This document shows, in pieces, positions 46,238 through 56,739 of a stretch of DNA of 64,000 nt. The stretch is from a virus. The position numbers were made by a program, and so were the translations under genes. The notes beneath the pieces are model-generated. The model had not been told where the DNA came from. It ran no database searches and saw nothing but the letters and a program-made list of their open reading frames with translations. Positions within the stretch are counted from its first letter, which is position 1. Each line of letters starts with the position of its first letter. Location of the stretch: IMG/VR virus record IMGVR_UViG_3300025010_000055, positions 2,970 through 66,969 of that record; one strand, given 5' to 3'.

Positions 46238-46403
46238 CCCGGCACTGCATTTTAAGGTTTTGTCCGACGAGTTTCCTGCCAGAAACCCGCCGAACCGGAG
46301 TTAACTGGATAACTGTAATATATCACACATTTTTAAGAAAGTCTGTGCGCGTGATCACAAAAACGGTGTGAATTTCACCACATTTTTGAGGGAGGTAGCC
46401 ATA

Positions 46404-46789
46404 ATGGAAGGACAGGAAGAGGAAGTCTTAGTTGCGCGTTGCTGCCTGCACTGCATCAAGTATGGTTGGTGCGATATGCCGTGTCACCGCATAGGCAGTA
46501 TAGATAAGATATTCGTCAGGTATTGCCGTCATGGTGAGTGTTTGGACGATCCTTGCAGTAAATTCAAACCAGAATCACAAACCAGCTAGGAGGGAATCAG
46601 TTGAAATATACAACTATACATCTAGGAAGCGGTTACTGCTGTCTTAGATGCGTCAACCATGGAGCAAGTGAGGATAATTGTGGGGTTGCTGCTTGTGGAT
46701 CAGATAACTGTGAGCACTATAAGGGTAACTGCAGGGATTGTAGCAGCGAACCATGCCCTGACTTCGCGCCAGAATCACAAACTGACTAA
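46404..46789 (+). CDS. Two tandem paralogous Cys-rich microproteins (46404-46589, 46601-46789)
   Basis: CCLHC...PCSKFKPESQTS and CCLRC...PCPDFAPESQTD. Confidence 0.65.
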
Positions 46790-46981
46790 TGAGACACACA
46801 ACATTCCCCAACCACAAACCCAGGAAATGCCCTGACTGTGGGCTGATTTTTAAGCCGTTGTCGGGCAACCAGGTTAGGTGTGGGCATTGTGCGGCGGAGA
46901 TTAGACGGATTAGATACCAGGAGAGGAAGGCGAGAGAGTGCCAGAAATAGACATTAAGGCTCACGCGCTGGGTGACTGTTA

Positions 46982-47763
46982 ATGACACCAGCAGAGCGCG
47001 AGACGTTACTAAAAGGCATGTATGAGTTGCATATCCTTGTGGCCTCAGATGACAAACAGGCAGCCATATTCGCCATAGCCGAAAGCCACAGAAACATCAA
47101 GGACATGCAGCAATGTGACCAGTGCAAGGATTTTTTCCAGCACTCTGATATGGATGGGCGGTTTTGTCAGAGGTGTGTAGCAGTACAGGAGAGTATCTCA
47201 GGTTTTGGGCAGGATGATATTAGGTTTTAGGAGGGATTTTATGACACAGGTAAACATCGAGACAGTACAGCTAGGCGACATCGTTAACGGCAAGGAAGTA
47301 GTTACCATACACGATACAGGCGAGCAGGTTACTTTACATCTGGATGGCGGTTACAGTATCCGCGCTTTACATGGCAGTACGGTAACCGTACTTAAGGAGG
47401 TTTGAACGTGGCCTTAGTAATACTGAGATTTTCGGGTAAGGTTAAGGAATTCAGGGAGTGGTTAAGGACAGTGGTCGAGGTAGAGGGCCACTTTAAAAAT
47501 ACCCTGGAACACTGGAAAAATACACACTAGGAGGTAGATTTATGAATCAATTGGTTTTTGATTATAGTCGTTGGGGTGGTAAAACTACACTTTTAAAAGG
47601 CCACAAAGCACCGAAAGGTCTTAAATTCAGCGACAATGGCGACGATTTAGGAACCGGTGAAACACCGCCACAGAACGTATATTTACCGTGCAAATACGCA
47701 GACCCGCGTAAGAAACGTAAGCGCAAACTGACACAGGAATCCAAGCGAAAGAACAGGAGGTAA
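46982..47763 (+). CDS. Cluster of small hypothetical genes (46982-47230, about 47241-47405, 47542-47763)
   Basis: ORF track with RBSs; early-operon position. Confidence 0.5.
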
Positions 47764-47770
47764 CGAATAC

Positions 47771-48271
47771 ATGGGATTTAATTTATACCAATTAACCGCA
47801 GGTTTTAATGAAATTTTTGACCTTTTGGAATATGAGGAAGCCATTGACTTGGCAGTGCTGGAAGATACCCTACAGTCAATCGAGGCCGCGATTGAAGTTA
47901 AGTTCGGCAATGTGGCTAAGATTATCAAAACTTTGGAGGCAGAAGCTAAGGCATATGAAGCCGAGGCAAAACGCTTATCTTCCAAGAAATCTGCGGCAGA
48001 GACCCGCATAACGTGGCTGAAAAACTACTTACTGCAGTCACTGGAACAGACCAAGAAAGACAAAATAGCTACCGACATTGGCACCGTCAGGAGGCAGAAA
48101 AATCCTGGTAGCGTGAACGTTTTGGACGCTGATAAAATCCCGGCAGAGTTTTATTTTACGCCGGTACCGGTTAAGCAACTGCTTAAACAGGAGTTATTGG
48201 ACAAGCTCAAAGCAGGCGAAAAAATCGCTGGTGCTGAGTTAAAGCAGGGGTATCACATCAGGATCCAGTAG
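47771..48271 (+). CDS. Siphovirus Gp157-family protein
   Basis: LYQL...DTLQSIE...KF.N.AK.IK...QKNPGSV...GAEL. Confidence 0.85.
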   Translation: MGFNLYQLTAGFNEIFDLLEYEEAIDLAVLEDTLQSIEAAIEVKFGNVAKIIKTLEAEAKAYEAEAKRLSSKKSAAETRITWLKNYLLQSLEQTKKDKIATDIGTVRRQKNPGSVNVLDADKIPAEFYFTPVPVKQLLKQELLDKLKAGEKIAGAELKQGYHIRIQ

Positions 48272-48282
48272 GAGTTGATAGG

Positions 48283-48957
48283 ATGTCACAACTAAAATCC
48301 ATAGCCGCCAAACTCGTTTTAATAGCTAAGGATTGCCCGTATGCACAAAAGGACGCGCAAAACGAAAAACAAAAATACAAATACGTTTCAGCGGCCCACA
48401 TCCTTGGCAAGGTCAACGAATCGCTGGCAGTGCACAACGTCTGCAGTGTGCCGGAATTTGCGATAGTTGACACTAAGGAAACAAAAACATCCAGTGGTGC
48501 TATTTGGCAGCTAGTCACCGTGAAATGTAGCCTGCAGATTATCGACGCAGATACAGGAGAATCGGTTGTAGTGACCAGTCTAGGCAGCGGTACAGACCCA
48601 GGCGACAAAGCGGTGGCAAAGGCTCAGACTATGGCTATAAAGTACGCCTGGCTGACGGCTCTGAACATCGAAACGGGCAATGACCCGGAGGCGGACCCGA
48701 GGACGGATAACACAGAGTTTACCGGACAGGCGCAGCAGGGACAACCCGGACAGCGCACAGCCCAGCAGATACTTGTAGACCAGAAACTTACCCAATTGGC
48801 TCAGCTTTGGAAACAGGCCGGTTGGGATACCAGCGGAATAGCTAACTATTTCACGCAGCGTTTTAATAAGCCGTTTGAGCAAGTAACAGCACCTGAGATA
48901 GACGCGTTTATTGCAGAGGCCCAGGACTACATCCAGAAACAAACAGTAACCTACTAG
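48283..48957 (+). CDS. ERF-family single-strand annealing protein
   Basis: KDAQN..QKYKY, GSGTDPGDKAVAKAQTMAIKY, DPEAD. Confidence 0.85.
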   Translation: MSQLKSIAAKLVLIAKDCPYAQKDAQNEKQKYKYVSAAHILGKVNESLAVHNVCSVPEFAIVDTKETKTSSGAIWQLVTVKCSLQIIDADTGESVVVTSLGSGTDPGDKAVAKAQTMAIKYAWLTALNIETGNDPEADPRTDNTEFTGQAQQGQPGQRTAQQILVDQKLTQLAQLWKQAGWDTSGIANYFTQRFNKPFEQVTAPEIDAFIAEAQDYIQKQTVTY

Positions 48958-48968
48958 GGGGTTTTAGA

Positions 48969-49655
48969 GTGCTAAACAAAGTTATTTTAATTGGTCGATT
49001 AACTAGAGACCCAGAAATGAGATATACACAGTCAGGTACTGCAGTTGGTAAGTTTTGTATCGCGGTAGACAGGGATTTTAAAACCCAGTCAGGAGAAAAA
49101 GAAACCGACTTCGTGGACATCGTTACATGGCAGAAACTAGCCGAGACTTGCAATACAAACTTACAAAAAGGCAGACTGGTAGCAGTAGATGGCAGGCTGC
49201 AGATTAGGTCATACGAGGACAATCAAGGGCAAAAACGGAAGGCCACTGAGGTAATTGCTAACAGTGTAAATTTCCTGGATTGGCCGAAGGATGGACAGGG
49301 CAGCGGTGGTGGTAACGGTGGTGGTAACGGTGGTGGTAACGCTGGTGGTAACAGACCGCCAAATAATCCACCACCTAACAACCCGCCACCCAGCAACGGG
49401 TACAGTGCTCCTAACGGAGGCTATGGAGGGCCGCCTGGTGGATATAATCAACCGCCTAATAACGGGTATAATCAACCGCCTGCTAACGGATATGGTGGTC
49501 CACCTAATAACGGCTATAATCAGTATCCTGGCGGACAACCTAACAACGGTTACAATGCCCCGCCTGCCGGTGGCGGGCAGAATCAGGGTGGTTATAATGC
49601 CCCGACTACTGGAAACGGTAATTCAAACTGGGATGATGGAGATATCCCGTTCTAG
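48969..49655 (+). CDS. ssb: Single-stranded DNA-binding protein with a long G/N/P/Y low-complexity linker
   Basis: NKVILIGRLTRDPE OB fold; acidic DDGDIPF tip. Confidence 0.95.
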   Translation: MLNKVILIGRLTRDPEMRYTQSGTAVGKFCIAVDRDFKTQSGEKETDFVDIVTWQKLAETCNTNLQKGRLVAVDGRLQIRSYEDNQGQKRKATEVIANSVNFLDWPKDGQGSGGGNGGGNGGGNAGGNRPPNNPPPNNPPPSNGYSAPNGGYGGPPGGYNQPPNNGYNQPPANGYGGPPNNGYNQYPGGQPNNGYNAPPAGGGQNQGGYNAPTTGNGNSNWDDGDIPF

Positions 49656-49735
49656 GATAATCAAGCCTAATTAATAGAGGAGCTCCAATACACCTGATAA
49701 TGTCGGGCTCCTCCAGAAAGAAAGGGGTTGATTAA

Positions 49736-50419
49736 ATGCCAGCCTTTATTGATATTACAGGGCAGAAATACGGAAGATTGACAGCTATTAAAATAGTATC
49801 CACTGGAAGTAGAAAGAAAAAAGGCAAATGGCTTTTTAGATGTGACTGTGGAAATGAAATTGTCTGTGCCGCTTGCGGGGTTAAAAGTGGAAATACAAAA
49901 AGTTGTGGATGCTTGAAGCGTGAAAAGTCCCACAAAACCGGAGTAAGAACTATTAAATTAATACATCAAAATCAAATAACTCATAACATGACAGGTAAAC
50001 GTATATACCGAATCTATAAAAATATGAAAACTAGATGCTACAACCCCAAAACAAAGTGTTATCCACATTACGGGGGCAAAGGAATTAAAATTTGTAATGA
50101 ATGGCTTAATGATCCATGCACTTTTATTAATTGGGCACTTAGTCATGGATATAATGATTCTTTAACAATTGACCGTATTGACTCTGACGGTGATTATTGT
50201 CCAGAGAATTGCCGCTTTATAACACAGGCAATGCAAACACAAAATACCTCTCGCAATCGCTTCATTGAGCTAAACGGGGTAAAGAAAACAGTATCTCAGT
50301 GGGCAAGGGAATATGGCATTTCCCCCGATCCGATTTATGAATTAATTGGTAAGGGTATTAGTCCAGTTGATGCAATGTTAAAAAAAATACCCCAGGAGAA
50401 AAACATTGTTACAACTTAG
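49736..50419 (+). CDS. Free-standing HNH-type homing endonuclease
   Basis: DITGQKYGRLT, CDCG, SCGC, YGGKGIKICNEW, TIDRIDSDGDYCPENCR. Confidence 0.85.
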   Translation: MPAFIDITGQKYGRLTAIKIVSTGSRKKKGKWLFRCDCGNEIVCAACGVKSGNTKSCGCLKREKSHKTGVRTIKLIHQNQITHNMTGKRIYRIYKNMKTRCYNPKTKCYPHYGGKGIKICNEWLNDPCTFINWALSHGYNDSLTIDRIDSDGDYCPENCRFITQAMQTQNTSRNRFIELNGVKKTVSQWAREYGISPDPIYELIGKGISPVDAMLKKIPQEKNIVTT

Positions 50420-51770
50420 AGCGTATCAAGAAACATTGATTGAAGGTTCCCGCATTGAATTTAAAAACAATAGAAAGCGTGTCTGCTTAGTGAGTCCATG
50501 CGGGAGTGGAAAAACAATAGTTATGGTTTATATGGCAATGCAGGCAATGTTACGAGGCAACAGCGTGCTCTTTGTGGTGCATCGGCAGGAATTAATTGAA
50601 CAATCTTCAGAAGCATTCAATGACTTTTCTGTGTCACATGGTATTATCGCTGCTGGTTATTCAATGAATGTTTCCGAAAAAATACAGATTGCAAGCATAC
50701 AAACAGTTATTCGTAGATTAAATAAGATAAATGTGCCTAACATTATTATCCTTGATGAGTGCCAGCACAGCCCGGCTGGAACCTGGAGAAAATTATTGGA
50801 TTACTTTCCAAACGCTTTTGTTATTGGGTTGACAGCAACCCCCTGGAGGATGGGTGGTCATGGACTTGGCGATATTTTTGAATCACTTATTATTGGTCCC
50901 AGCGTTAAAGAATTGATTGCGATGGGCAATTTAGCACCTTATCGCTACTACGCTCCTCCTATTGCTGCTGACCTTAATGGTATAAAAGTTAAGTATGGAG
51001 AATTCGATAAAGCCGAAACTTCTTTAAGAATGGATAAGCCTGAAATTATAGGTGATTTGATAGGTAACTATAAAAAACTGGCTCCAAATGCCAGGGCTGT
51101 ATGCTATTGTGCTAGTCGCGCTCATAGCAAACACACAGCTGAAATGTTTAGGCAATATAATATTAGTGCTATTCATATTGATGGAGAAACACCAGCAATT
51201 ATTCGCAAAGCCGCTATTGATGACTTTAGAAACGGCAATATCAAAATATTATGTAATGTTGATTTGGTTAGTGAGGGGCTAAATATTCCCGCTATGGACG
51301 CAGTTATTTTAGCTAGGCCGACTCAAAGTTTAACATTATACATTCAACAAGCAATGCGGTGCTTACGAGCAGACAGCGAGAACCCCACGAAAACCGCTGT
51401 GATAATTGACCATGTGGGCAACTGCTACCGACATGGACTGCCCGACGAGGATCGGGAATGGACGCTGGAAAGTAAGCCGAAAAAGCAGCAGGACAGGTTG
51501 GTTAGTCTGAGGACCTGCCCGAAGTGTTACGGGGCACATAGACCCTGCCCGAAATGTCCTTTGTGCGGCTATGTGTATGTAGCAGAGCGCGAAGGGCCAA
51601 CGCAGAGGAAGGGCAGTCTGGTGGAGATTGACGAACTGGAACGGATACGCAGGAAACAGGAAGTGGGCAGGGCTAGGAGCAGAAAAGACTTGGAGAAGAT
51701 AGCGATTGACCGGGGGTATAAATTAAACTGGATTAATCGCATGGTTGACGTAAAACGAATTAGGGACTAG
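50406..51770 (+). CDS. SF2 DEAD/DEAH-like helicase with a C-terminal Zn ribbon
   Basis: PCGSGKT, DECQH, GLTATP, RPTQS..LYIQQAMR, CPKC..CPLCG. Confidence 0.9.
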   Translation: MLQLRAYQETLIEGSRIEFKNNRKRVCLVSPCGSGKTIVMVYMAMQAMLRGNSVLFVVHRQELIEQSSEAFNDFSVSHGIIAAGYSMNVSEKIQIASIQTVIRRLNKINVPNIIILDECQHSPAGTWRKLLDYFPNAFVIGLTATPWRMGGHGLGDIFESLIIGPSVKELIAMGNLAPYRYYAPPIAADLNGIKVKYGEFDKAETSLRMDKPEIIGDLIGNYKKLAPNARAVCYCASRAHSKHTAEMFRQYNISAIHIDGETPAIIRKAAIDDFRNGNIKILCNVDLVSEGLNIPAMDAVILARPTQSLTLYIQQAMRCLRADSENPTKTAVIIDHVGNCYRHGLPDEDREWTLESKPKKQQDRLVSLRTCPKCYGAHRPCPKCPLCGYVYVAEREGPTQRKGSLVEIDELERIRRKQEVGRARSRKDLEKIAIDRGYKLNWINRMVDVKRIRD

Positions 51771-51793
51771 GACTGTAAGGAGGAGGGGGCGGG

Positions 51794-52645
51794 GTGAACG
51801 GATATCGCCGATACAAAGTGGAACTAACAAGTCACGCTTACAATCGTTACCGTGTGCGGGGCGGGTATAGAAACCACAAGAAACTGCATAACAAGGCGGT
51901 AAGTCTGGTTAACGACACAATCAGATCCGCTGAGGGGATAAAATTCAGCAGGAATGGTACTGCCCTGTTAAACTTGGGCGGAGGATTCCTTGCAGCTTTG
52001 CGGATAGAACGCGGAATGCTGTCGATTCGAACGATTATTATGCGGGGCGGAAAATTTAGAGGGGAGGGCTAACAGTGAAAAACAGAAAATCACGAGTCCA
52101 GCGCATGGAAGTAGAACTCAGGCAAGCCAGGCGCGAAATTAAACGCCTGAACGAGATTGCCGAATTTCATGCTGATACTCTGGTAATACTTGGAGACACC
52201 TTGACGAGTCAGGGTAATCTATTATCTATACTCAGCCACACAGTCAAAACCGACATTGCTCGTGTTTCTAACAGCGTACGAGTGACAAACATTTGGCAGA
52301 AAGCTTTACAGTGCAGGATATATAAACTGGAGCAGGGTGGATTTTGGAAGTGGCTGTTTGGACGGAAGTATAGGAGGAAGATTAAGACTGCCGGTGAGGT
52401 GGTTAAGGATGCCTAGACCTAAGGTAAATGCCACGGACTTGGTAATACAGGCCATCCATGAGGCTGGGACCACAGACCCCAGCGTAATCAGCCTCCAGAT
52501 TGAGGATATCGTAAGTCGTAAAATAGCCAACAGATTAGCAAAAGGCAGGGTAACGTTTTGTTTGTATCAGGAGATTGGTCGTTACGGTATCAAAAAATAC
52601 TCAGACGTGGTCAGGTTGGTGGAGAAGGTTAGGAGGGCTATATAA
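51794..52645 (+). CDS. Three hypothetical genes (51794-52072, 52075-52416, about 52409-52645)
   Basis: Coupled ORFs; the first has an HAYNRY..R motif. Confidence 0.5.
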
Positions 52646-52803
52646 TGCCATATATCGGAAAAATCCTAGCCGACATTGAACGCGAGAAACTTAAGCTGTC
52701 TGAAATGCCTCTTGGTAGTGCCGGGATACTGCAACAGAGCGAGGTTGTGGACAAGCTGATTAACGAATATTACCGGGCTTTGGCTCAGGGAGGTGCGGCA
52801 TGA
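52645..52803 (+). CDS. Spo0E-like aspartyl-phosphate phosphatase (not in ORF track)
   Basis: IEREK.KL...ILQQSEVVDKLINEYYR resembles the SQELD signature; 52 aa; RBS AGGAGG. Confidence 0.55.
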   Translation: MPYIGKILADIEREKLKLSEMPLGSAGILQQSEVVDKLINEYYRALAQGGAA

Positions 52804-52952
52804 AACAGGGCAAAAACCCCACCCGGAGGCAACAACTCATACTGCTTAGGTGCAGGTTAAAACCGGATGACTGGTTAGTGACAAAATTCTTGATTGATGA
52901 AATGCACGTAGTTAATCGGGAGTCTGATAAAGCCAAGGTGATTAGATATTAG
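52800..52952 (+). CDS. Small conserved phage protein (MKQGKNPTRRQ...DWLV)
   Basis: ATGA overlap; RBS GGAGG; not in ORF track. Confidence 0.6.
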   Translation: MKQGKNPTRRQQLILLRCRLKPDDWLVTKFLIDEMHVVNRESDKAKVIRY

Positions 52953-53199
52953 CCAGGAAGAACATGACGAACTGCTAGCAGAATACCGCAGACGTAGCAC
53001 AGAGAAAACAGCAAAATGTTATCGCTGTGGTCAGTCATGCGCGGCTTGGTTTTGTAAGCAGCAGTACAGGTATGCACCAATACCAAACCATCCAACCAGG
53101 ATAGAAAACGCAAGGACACTATACTTTTGCCCGCAGTGCTGGGGTAAGGACAGTTATCCGATACTACCGGCACTGCCCGAGTCAAGGAGGCTAACTGAG

Positions 53200-53592
53200 A
53201 TGGAAAGACAGGCAGTAATTAAACTACAGAACGAAATGGATCAGCACAGCGCAAACCCATACGTGCAGGCAGTTGGAACTATGCTGCAACAGTGCAATAT
53301 GGAAGTCAGCGCTGAGGCATTGGAAGATATTTTGTCAGGAAAGAAAACGCTGTTAGGTAGTCTGGAGGCAATGCGCAAGGTAGCGGAGGGTAAGAAGGTC
53401 GGCAATTGTGCCGTCCTGACAGATGCTGAGGGGTTTGACATTGTACGCAGGTATTTCGGGATTGTCGGAGAGGATTTACCGACCATTACGGTACCGGTAC
53501 CAGTCCAGACTATGCCAGTGCATCCGGTACCAGCTCAGAAACCCAGCACTGATTTTAACGTTAGCCTGGATGACCTGCTCGAAGACCTATGA
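53200..53592 (+). CDS. PcfK-like protein
   Basis: AVLTDAEGFDIVRRYF and SLDDLL tail; upstream of a PcfJ-like gene. Confidence 0.65.
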   Translation: MERQAVIKLQNEMDQHSANPYVQAVGTMLQQCNMEVSAEALEDILSGKKTLLGSLEAMRKVAEGKKVGNCAVLTDAEGFDIVRRYFGIVGEDLPTITVPVPVQTMPVHPVPAQKPSTDFNVSLDDLLEDL

Positions 53593-55109
53593 ACATAGAG
53601 GAGTGCTTCAGGCACATACCAAACCGGTTAACTCCGGACATGAAAATTTTCGCTCACGATGTAGTTTTTAAACATTATATTTTTTACAGCAGGGAGGGTA
53701 AGCAGCAGCATTGTTATTGTACCCACTGTAGGAGTTATTTTACGGAAACCAGACTCAGGCACAAACAGCCGATTACCTGTCCACACTGTGGAGTTATCTG
53801 CACTGCCAGATCGAATGGCATGGGTAGAAAACACCTGATAGACGAAGCCTACTTTGTGTACTATCTTAAATCATCCGTAGACCCACAGTGCATCACGGCG
53901 GTAGGCACCTATGCTGTCAGGGATTACTCCAGAGATGTTCGCACGGTAGAAACTAAGTTTATTGACCAGGATATGTTTGTTTTTGCGCCTGGGATTGGTG
54001 GCGTAGCGTTCCATCGTTACGCGTATTATTCCAAGGCGCGGACCATGGAGGGCAGCAAGTTAATCATGGCTGGTGCTGTGAAGTGCCAGTGGTTCCGAGA
54101 CCATAACGCTAATATACACTGCACGCATAGCAGGGACAGTATAGCCCAAGCGGTTAAGGACACGCCATACCAGTACAGTACGTGGGAAAAATACAGCCAC
54201 TTTGATATGGTGGAGTTCTTTGATTTAGCAAGCAAATACGCGTGTATCGAATATTTGACAAAGCTTGGGTTTAAGCATCTAGTACAGGATAAGCTGGAAG
54301 GTGAACGCACGTATAGCGCGGTTAACTGGAGAGGAAAAACACCCTTGGCAGTGCTGGGGCTCACGAAGCAGGAGCTTAATGATATCAGAAAAAATGATAT
54401 CGACATGATGTTTATTGACCTAAAAATACTAAAGTTAGGACGGAAAGACGGTTCAAACCTTACCCCTGCCGAAGCTGTGGATATAGCTGGACACTGGGGT
54501 TATATGTTGGACGTTTGGCAGAAGCTAAAACGTCATGGCAACCTTAGGAAAATGCACAGCTATTTTGCCAAGCAGCTAACTAAGGGCAAGATAAAGAAGT
54601 ACTTGGATTGCTTGCATCTTTGGAGAGATTACTTGAACGATTGTGTAGAGCTTGGAATGGATTTATCCAGGGAAACTATAGTTTTTCCCCGCAACCTGCA
54701 CAGAGCGCACCAGAACACAATAAAACTGGTTAAGCATAAAACAGACGAAATTCTAGACCGTAAGATTGGAGTCAGGTCTGAAAATTTAAGCGGTATGTAT
54801 TTTGAGCATAACGGTTTATTAATCAGACCTGCCGCATCAACAGGGGAGATAATCGCAGAGGGTGTGTATTTAAAACATTGCATAGGTGGTTATTGTGGTG
54901 GTTACGCGCGCGGTGATTATGATTTATTTTTTATCCGTAAAGTAGAGGAACCGGAAGATCCGTTTTACAGCATAGAGGTAAGGCGCGGCGAGTTAATGCA
55001 GTGCTATGGATATAATCACGCAACGGCAACACCTGAGGTAGCAGAGTTTTTAGAAGTTTTTATGGATGTTAAGTATGGAAAACAGAGCAGGAAGGAGGCG
55101 GCAATTTGA
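53589..55109 (+). CDS. PcfJ-domain protein
   Basis: CTHC..CPHC; WRDYL..C..LG.D...FP.NL..AH; EG..LKHCIGGY; FFIRK..EP..PF. Confidence 0.85.
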   Translation: MNIEECFRHIPNRLTPDMKIFAHDVVFKHYIFYSREGKQQHCYCTHCRSYFTETRLRHKQPITCPHCGVICTARSNGMGRKHLIDEAYFVYYLKSSVDPQCITAVGTYAVRDYSRDVRTVETKFIDQDMFVFAPGIGGVAFHRYAYYSKARTMEGSKLIMAGAVKCQWFRDHNANIHCTHSRDSIAQAVKDTPYQYSTWEKYSHFDMVEFFDLASKYACIEYLTKLGFKHLVQDKLEGERTYSAVNWRGKTPLAVLGLTKQELNDIRKNDIDMMFIDLKILKLGRKDGSNLTPAEAVDIAGHWGYMLDVWQKLKRHGNLRKMHSYFAKQLTKGKIKKYLDCLHLWRDYLNDCVELGMDLSRETIVFPRNLHRAHQNTIKLVKHKTDEILDRKIGVRSENLSGMYFEHNGLLIRPAASTGEIIAEGVYLKHCIGGYCGGYARGDYDLFFIRKVEEPEDPFYSIEVRRGELMQCYGYNHATATPEVAEFLEVFMDVKYGKQSRKEAAI

Positions 55110-56254
55110 GCAAGAAAAAACCAGTGGACACGGCAGAATCAACGGAAAATATCCCAGGGAATATGCCAGAACTGCCGACAGACACACAGACCGAGGGCAT
55201 CAATACGCTGTCTATAGCCCGCACCCCAGAACATGTAGCGGCAGAAATTTGCGCCATCAAATCACAGACACAGGCAATAGTTTTACATGCCAGCGTAGAG
55301 ATAGGGCGCAGGTTAGTAGAGGCTAAAAATATGCTAGACCATGGATTGTGGGGTAATTGGCTCAGTGTTTATGTTGATTATTCCCAGCGTACAGCAACAA
55401 ACCTTATGAAGCTGTATGAGGAATATAAAGATAAATTAAATCAGCAATCGCTTGCCAATTTGACGTATACAAGAGCTGTCTTATTGCTGGGTATTGCTCC
55501 GGAGGAGCGCGAGCAGTTTGCCGAGCAGAACGATGTTGAAAATATGTCAACTAGGGAGTTGCAGCAGGCCATCAAGGAACGCGACGAACTGGAACGTAAA
55601 TTAGCCATAGCTCAGGATAATTTAACCGAGAAGGCCGAAGAATCCAGAAAAAATCTGGAAGCCAAGCAGCAACTAGAATCTGATGCAAGAATCACGGATC
55701 GAGCATTTAAGGAATCTCAATCTACCGTGAAGATGTTACAGAATGAACTAACCGAGAAGCGCAAAACGGCTAAGGCAGATGTCGAGGCAGTGCAGGAGGT
55801 TTTAGCTGAGACGAAACGTCAGCTTGCCGAGGCGCAGAGTTCCGGAAACGAAACACTGGTGGAAACCCTGCAAATGACCCTAGGTATAGCTGAAAAAAAT
55901 TTAAAGCAGTCCCTGGATAAAATCACAGAGTTAGAAAAACAACTTTTGGAAAAACCCATCGAGACCACGGCAGCGGAGATTATCGAAAAGGTACCCGCCG
56001 AGGTAGAGCAAGAACTGTCAGACCTAAAACGGCAGGTGCAGGAACTGCAGCAGCAACCAGTCCAGCAGATTACCGAGAGCGAGGCAGTGCTGAAATTCAG
56101 GATGTATTTTGAGCAGCTAAACAAAGGTTTTGCGGATATCCTAACAGTGCTTGGAGAGATAGAGCAGACAGATACAGAGCGTCACGGAAAGCTCAAAAAC
56201 GCCTTAGGTAAGTTTTTGGGCAGGATGACGGACGGGCTGAATGGGGAGGGATAG
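55106..56254 (+). CDS. DUF3102-domain coiled-coil protein
   Basis: EIGRRLVEAK..L.HG.WG.WL...YSQRTATNLMK; MSTRELQQAIKE. Confidence 0.85.
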   Translation: MSKKKPVDTAESTENIPGNMPELPTDTQTEGINTLSIARTPEHVAAEICAIKSQTQAIVLHASVEIGRRLVEAKNMLDHGLWGNWLSVYVDYSQRTATNLMKLYEEYKDKLNQQSLANLTYTRAVLLLGIAPEEREQFAEQNDVENMSTRELQQAIKERDELERKLAIAQDNLTEKAEESRKNLEAKQQLESDARITDRAFKESQSTVKMLQNELTEKRKTAKADVEAVQEVLAETKRQLAEAQSSGNETLVETLQMTLGIAEKNLKQSLDKITELEKQLLEKPIETTAAEIIEKVPAEVEQELSDLKRQVQELQQQPVQQITESEAVLKFRMYFEQLNKGFADILTVLGEIEQTDTERHGKLKNALGKFLGRMTDGLNGEG

Positions 56255-56274
56255 AGCCATGAAAGATTGTCGCT

Positions 56275-56739
56275 TTGACTGTCAGGAATGCAAAGCCGAC
56301 TGCCCGTGTCGTGGATGCGGGGAGTTATGTGAGGAAAAATGTGACCAGGGAGGCGAGCAAAATTAGAGAGCAAGAAATCCAGAACGCTATCAGAGAGCAC
56401 GTCAGCAAAACCGGTCTAGGAGTATTATTCCGCGCCAACGTCGGCGAGGCTTGGACGGGTGACGTTAAAGACATCTGTTACAACACGGCGGCGAATGTTC
56501 TTACCATTAAAAACCCGCGCAGACTCAGGACAGGGCTTCCGAAGGGTTTCAGTGACCTGTTTGGAGTAGGTCAGGACGGCAAATCAGTCTTTGTCGAAGT
56601 TAAATCAGTCAAAGGCAAACCCACCCCAGAACAGATTAATTTCCTGCAGCGGATGCAGAGTCAAGGAGCGCACGCAGGGACGGCCCGAAGTATTGCTGAT
56701 GCTGAACTTATTTTTAACGGGTTCGGGAGGATAACTTGA
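56275..56739 (+). CDS. VRR-NUC nuclease (true start likely about 56360)
   Basis: E.EIQNAIR, LFRANVG, GFSDLFG, FVEVK...G.PTPEQ..F. Confidence 0.88.
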   Translation: MTVRNAKPTARVVDAGSYVRKNVTREASKIREQEIQNAIREHVSKTGLGVLFRANVGEAWTGDVKDICYNTAANVLTIKNPRRLRTGLPKGFSDLFGVGQDGKSVFVEVKSVKGKPTPEQINFLQRMQSQGAHAGTARSIADAELIFNGFGRIT

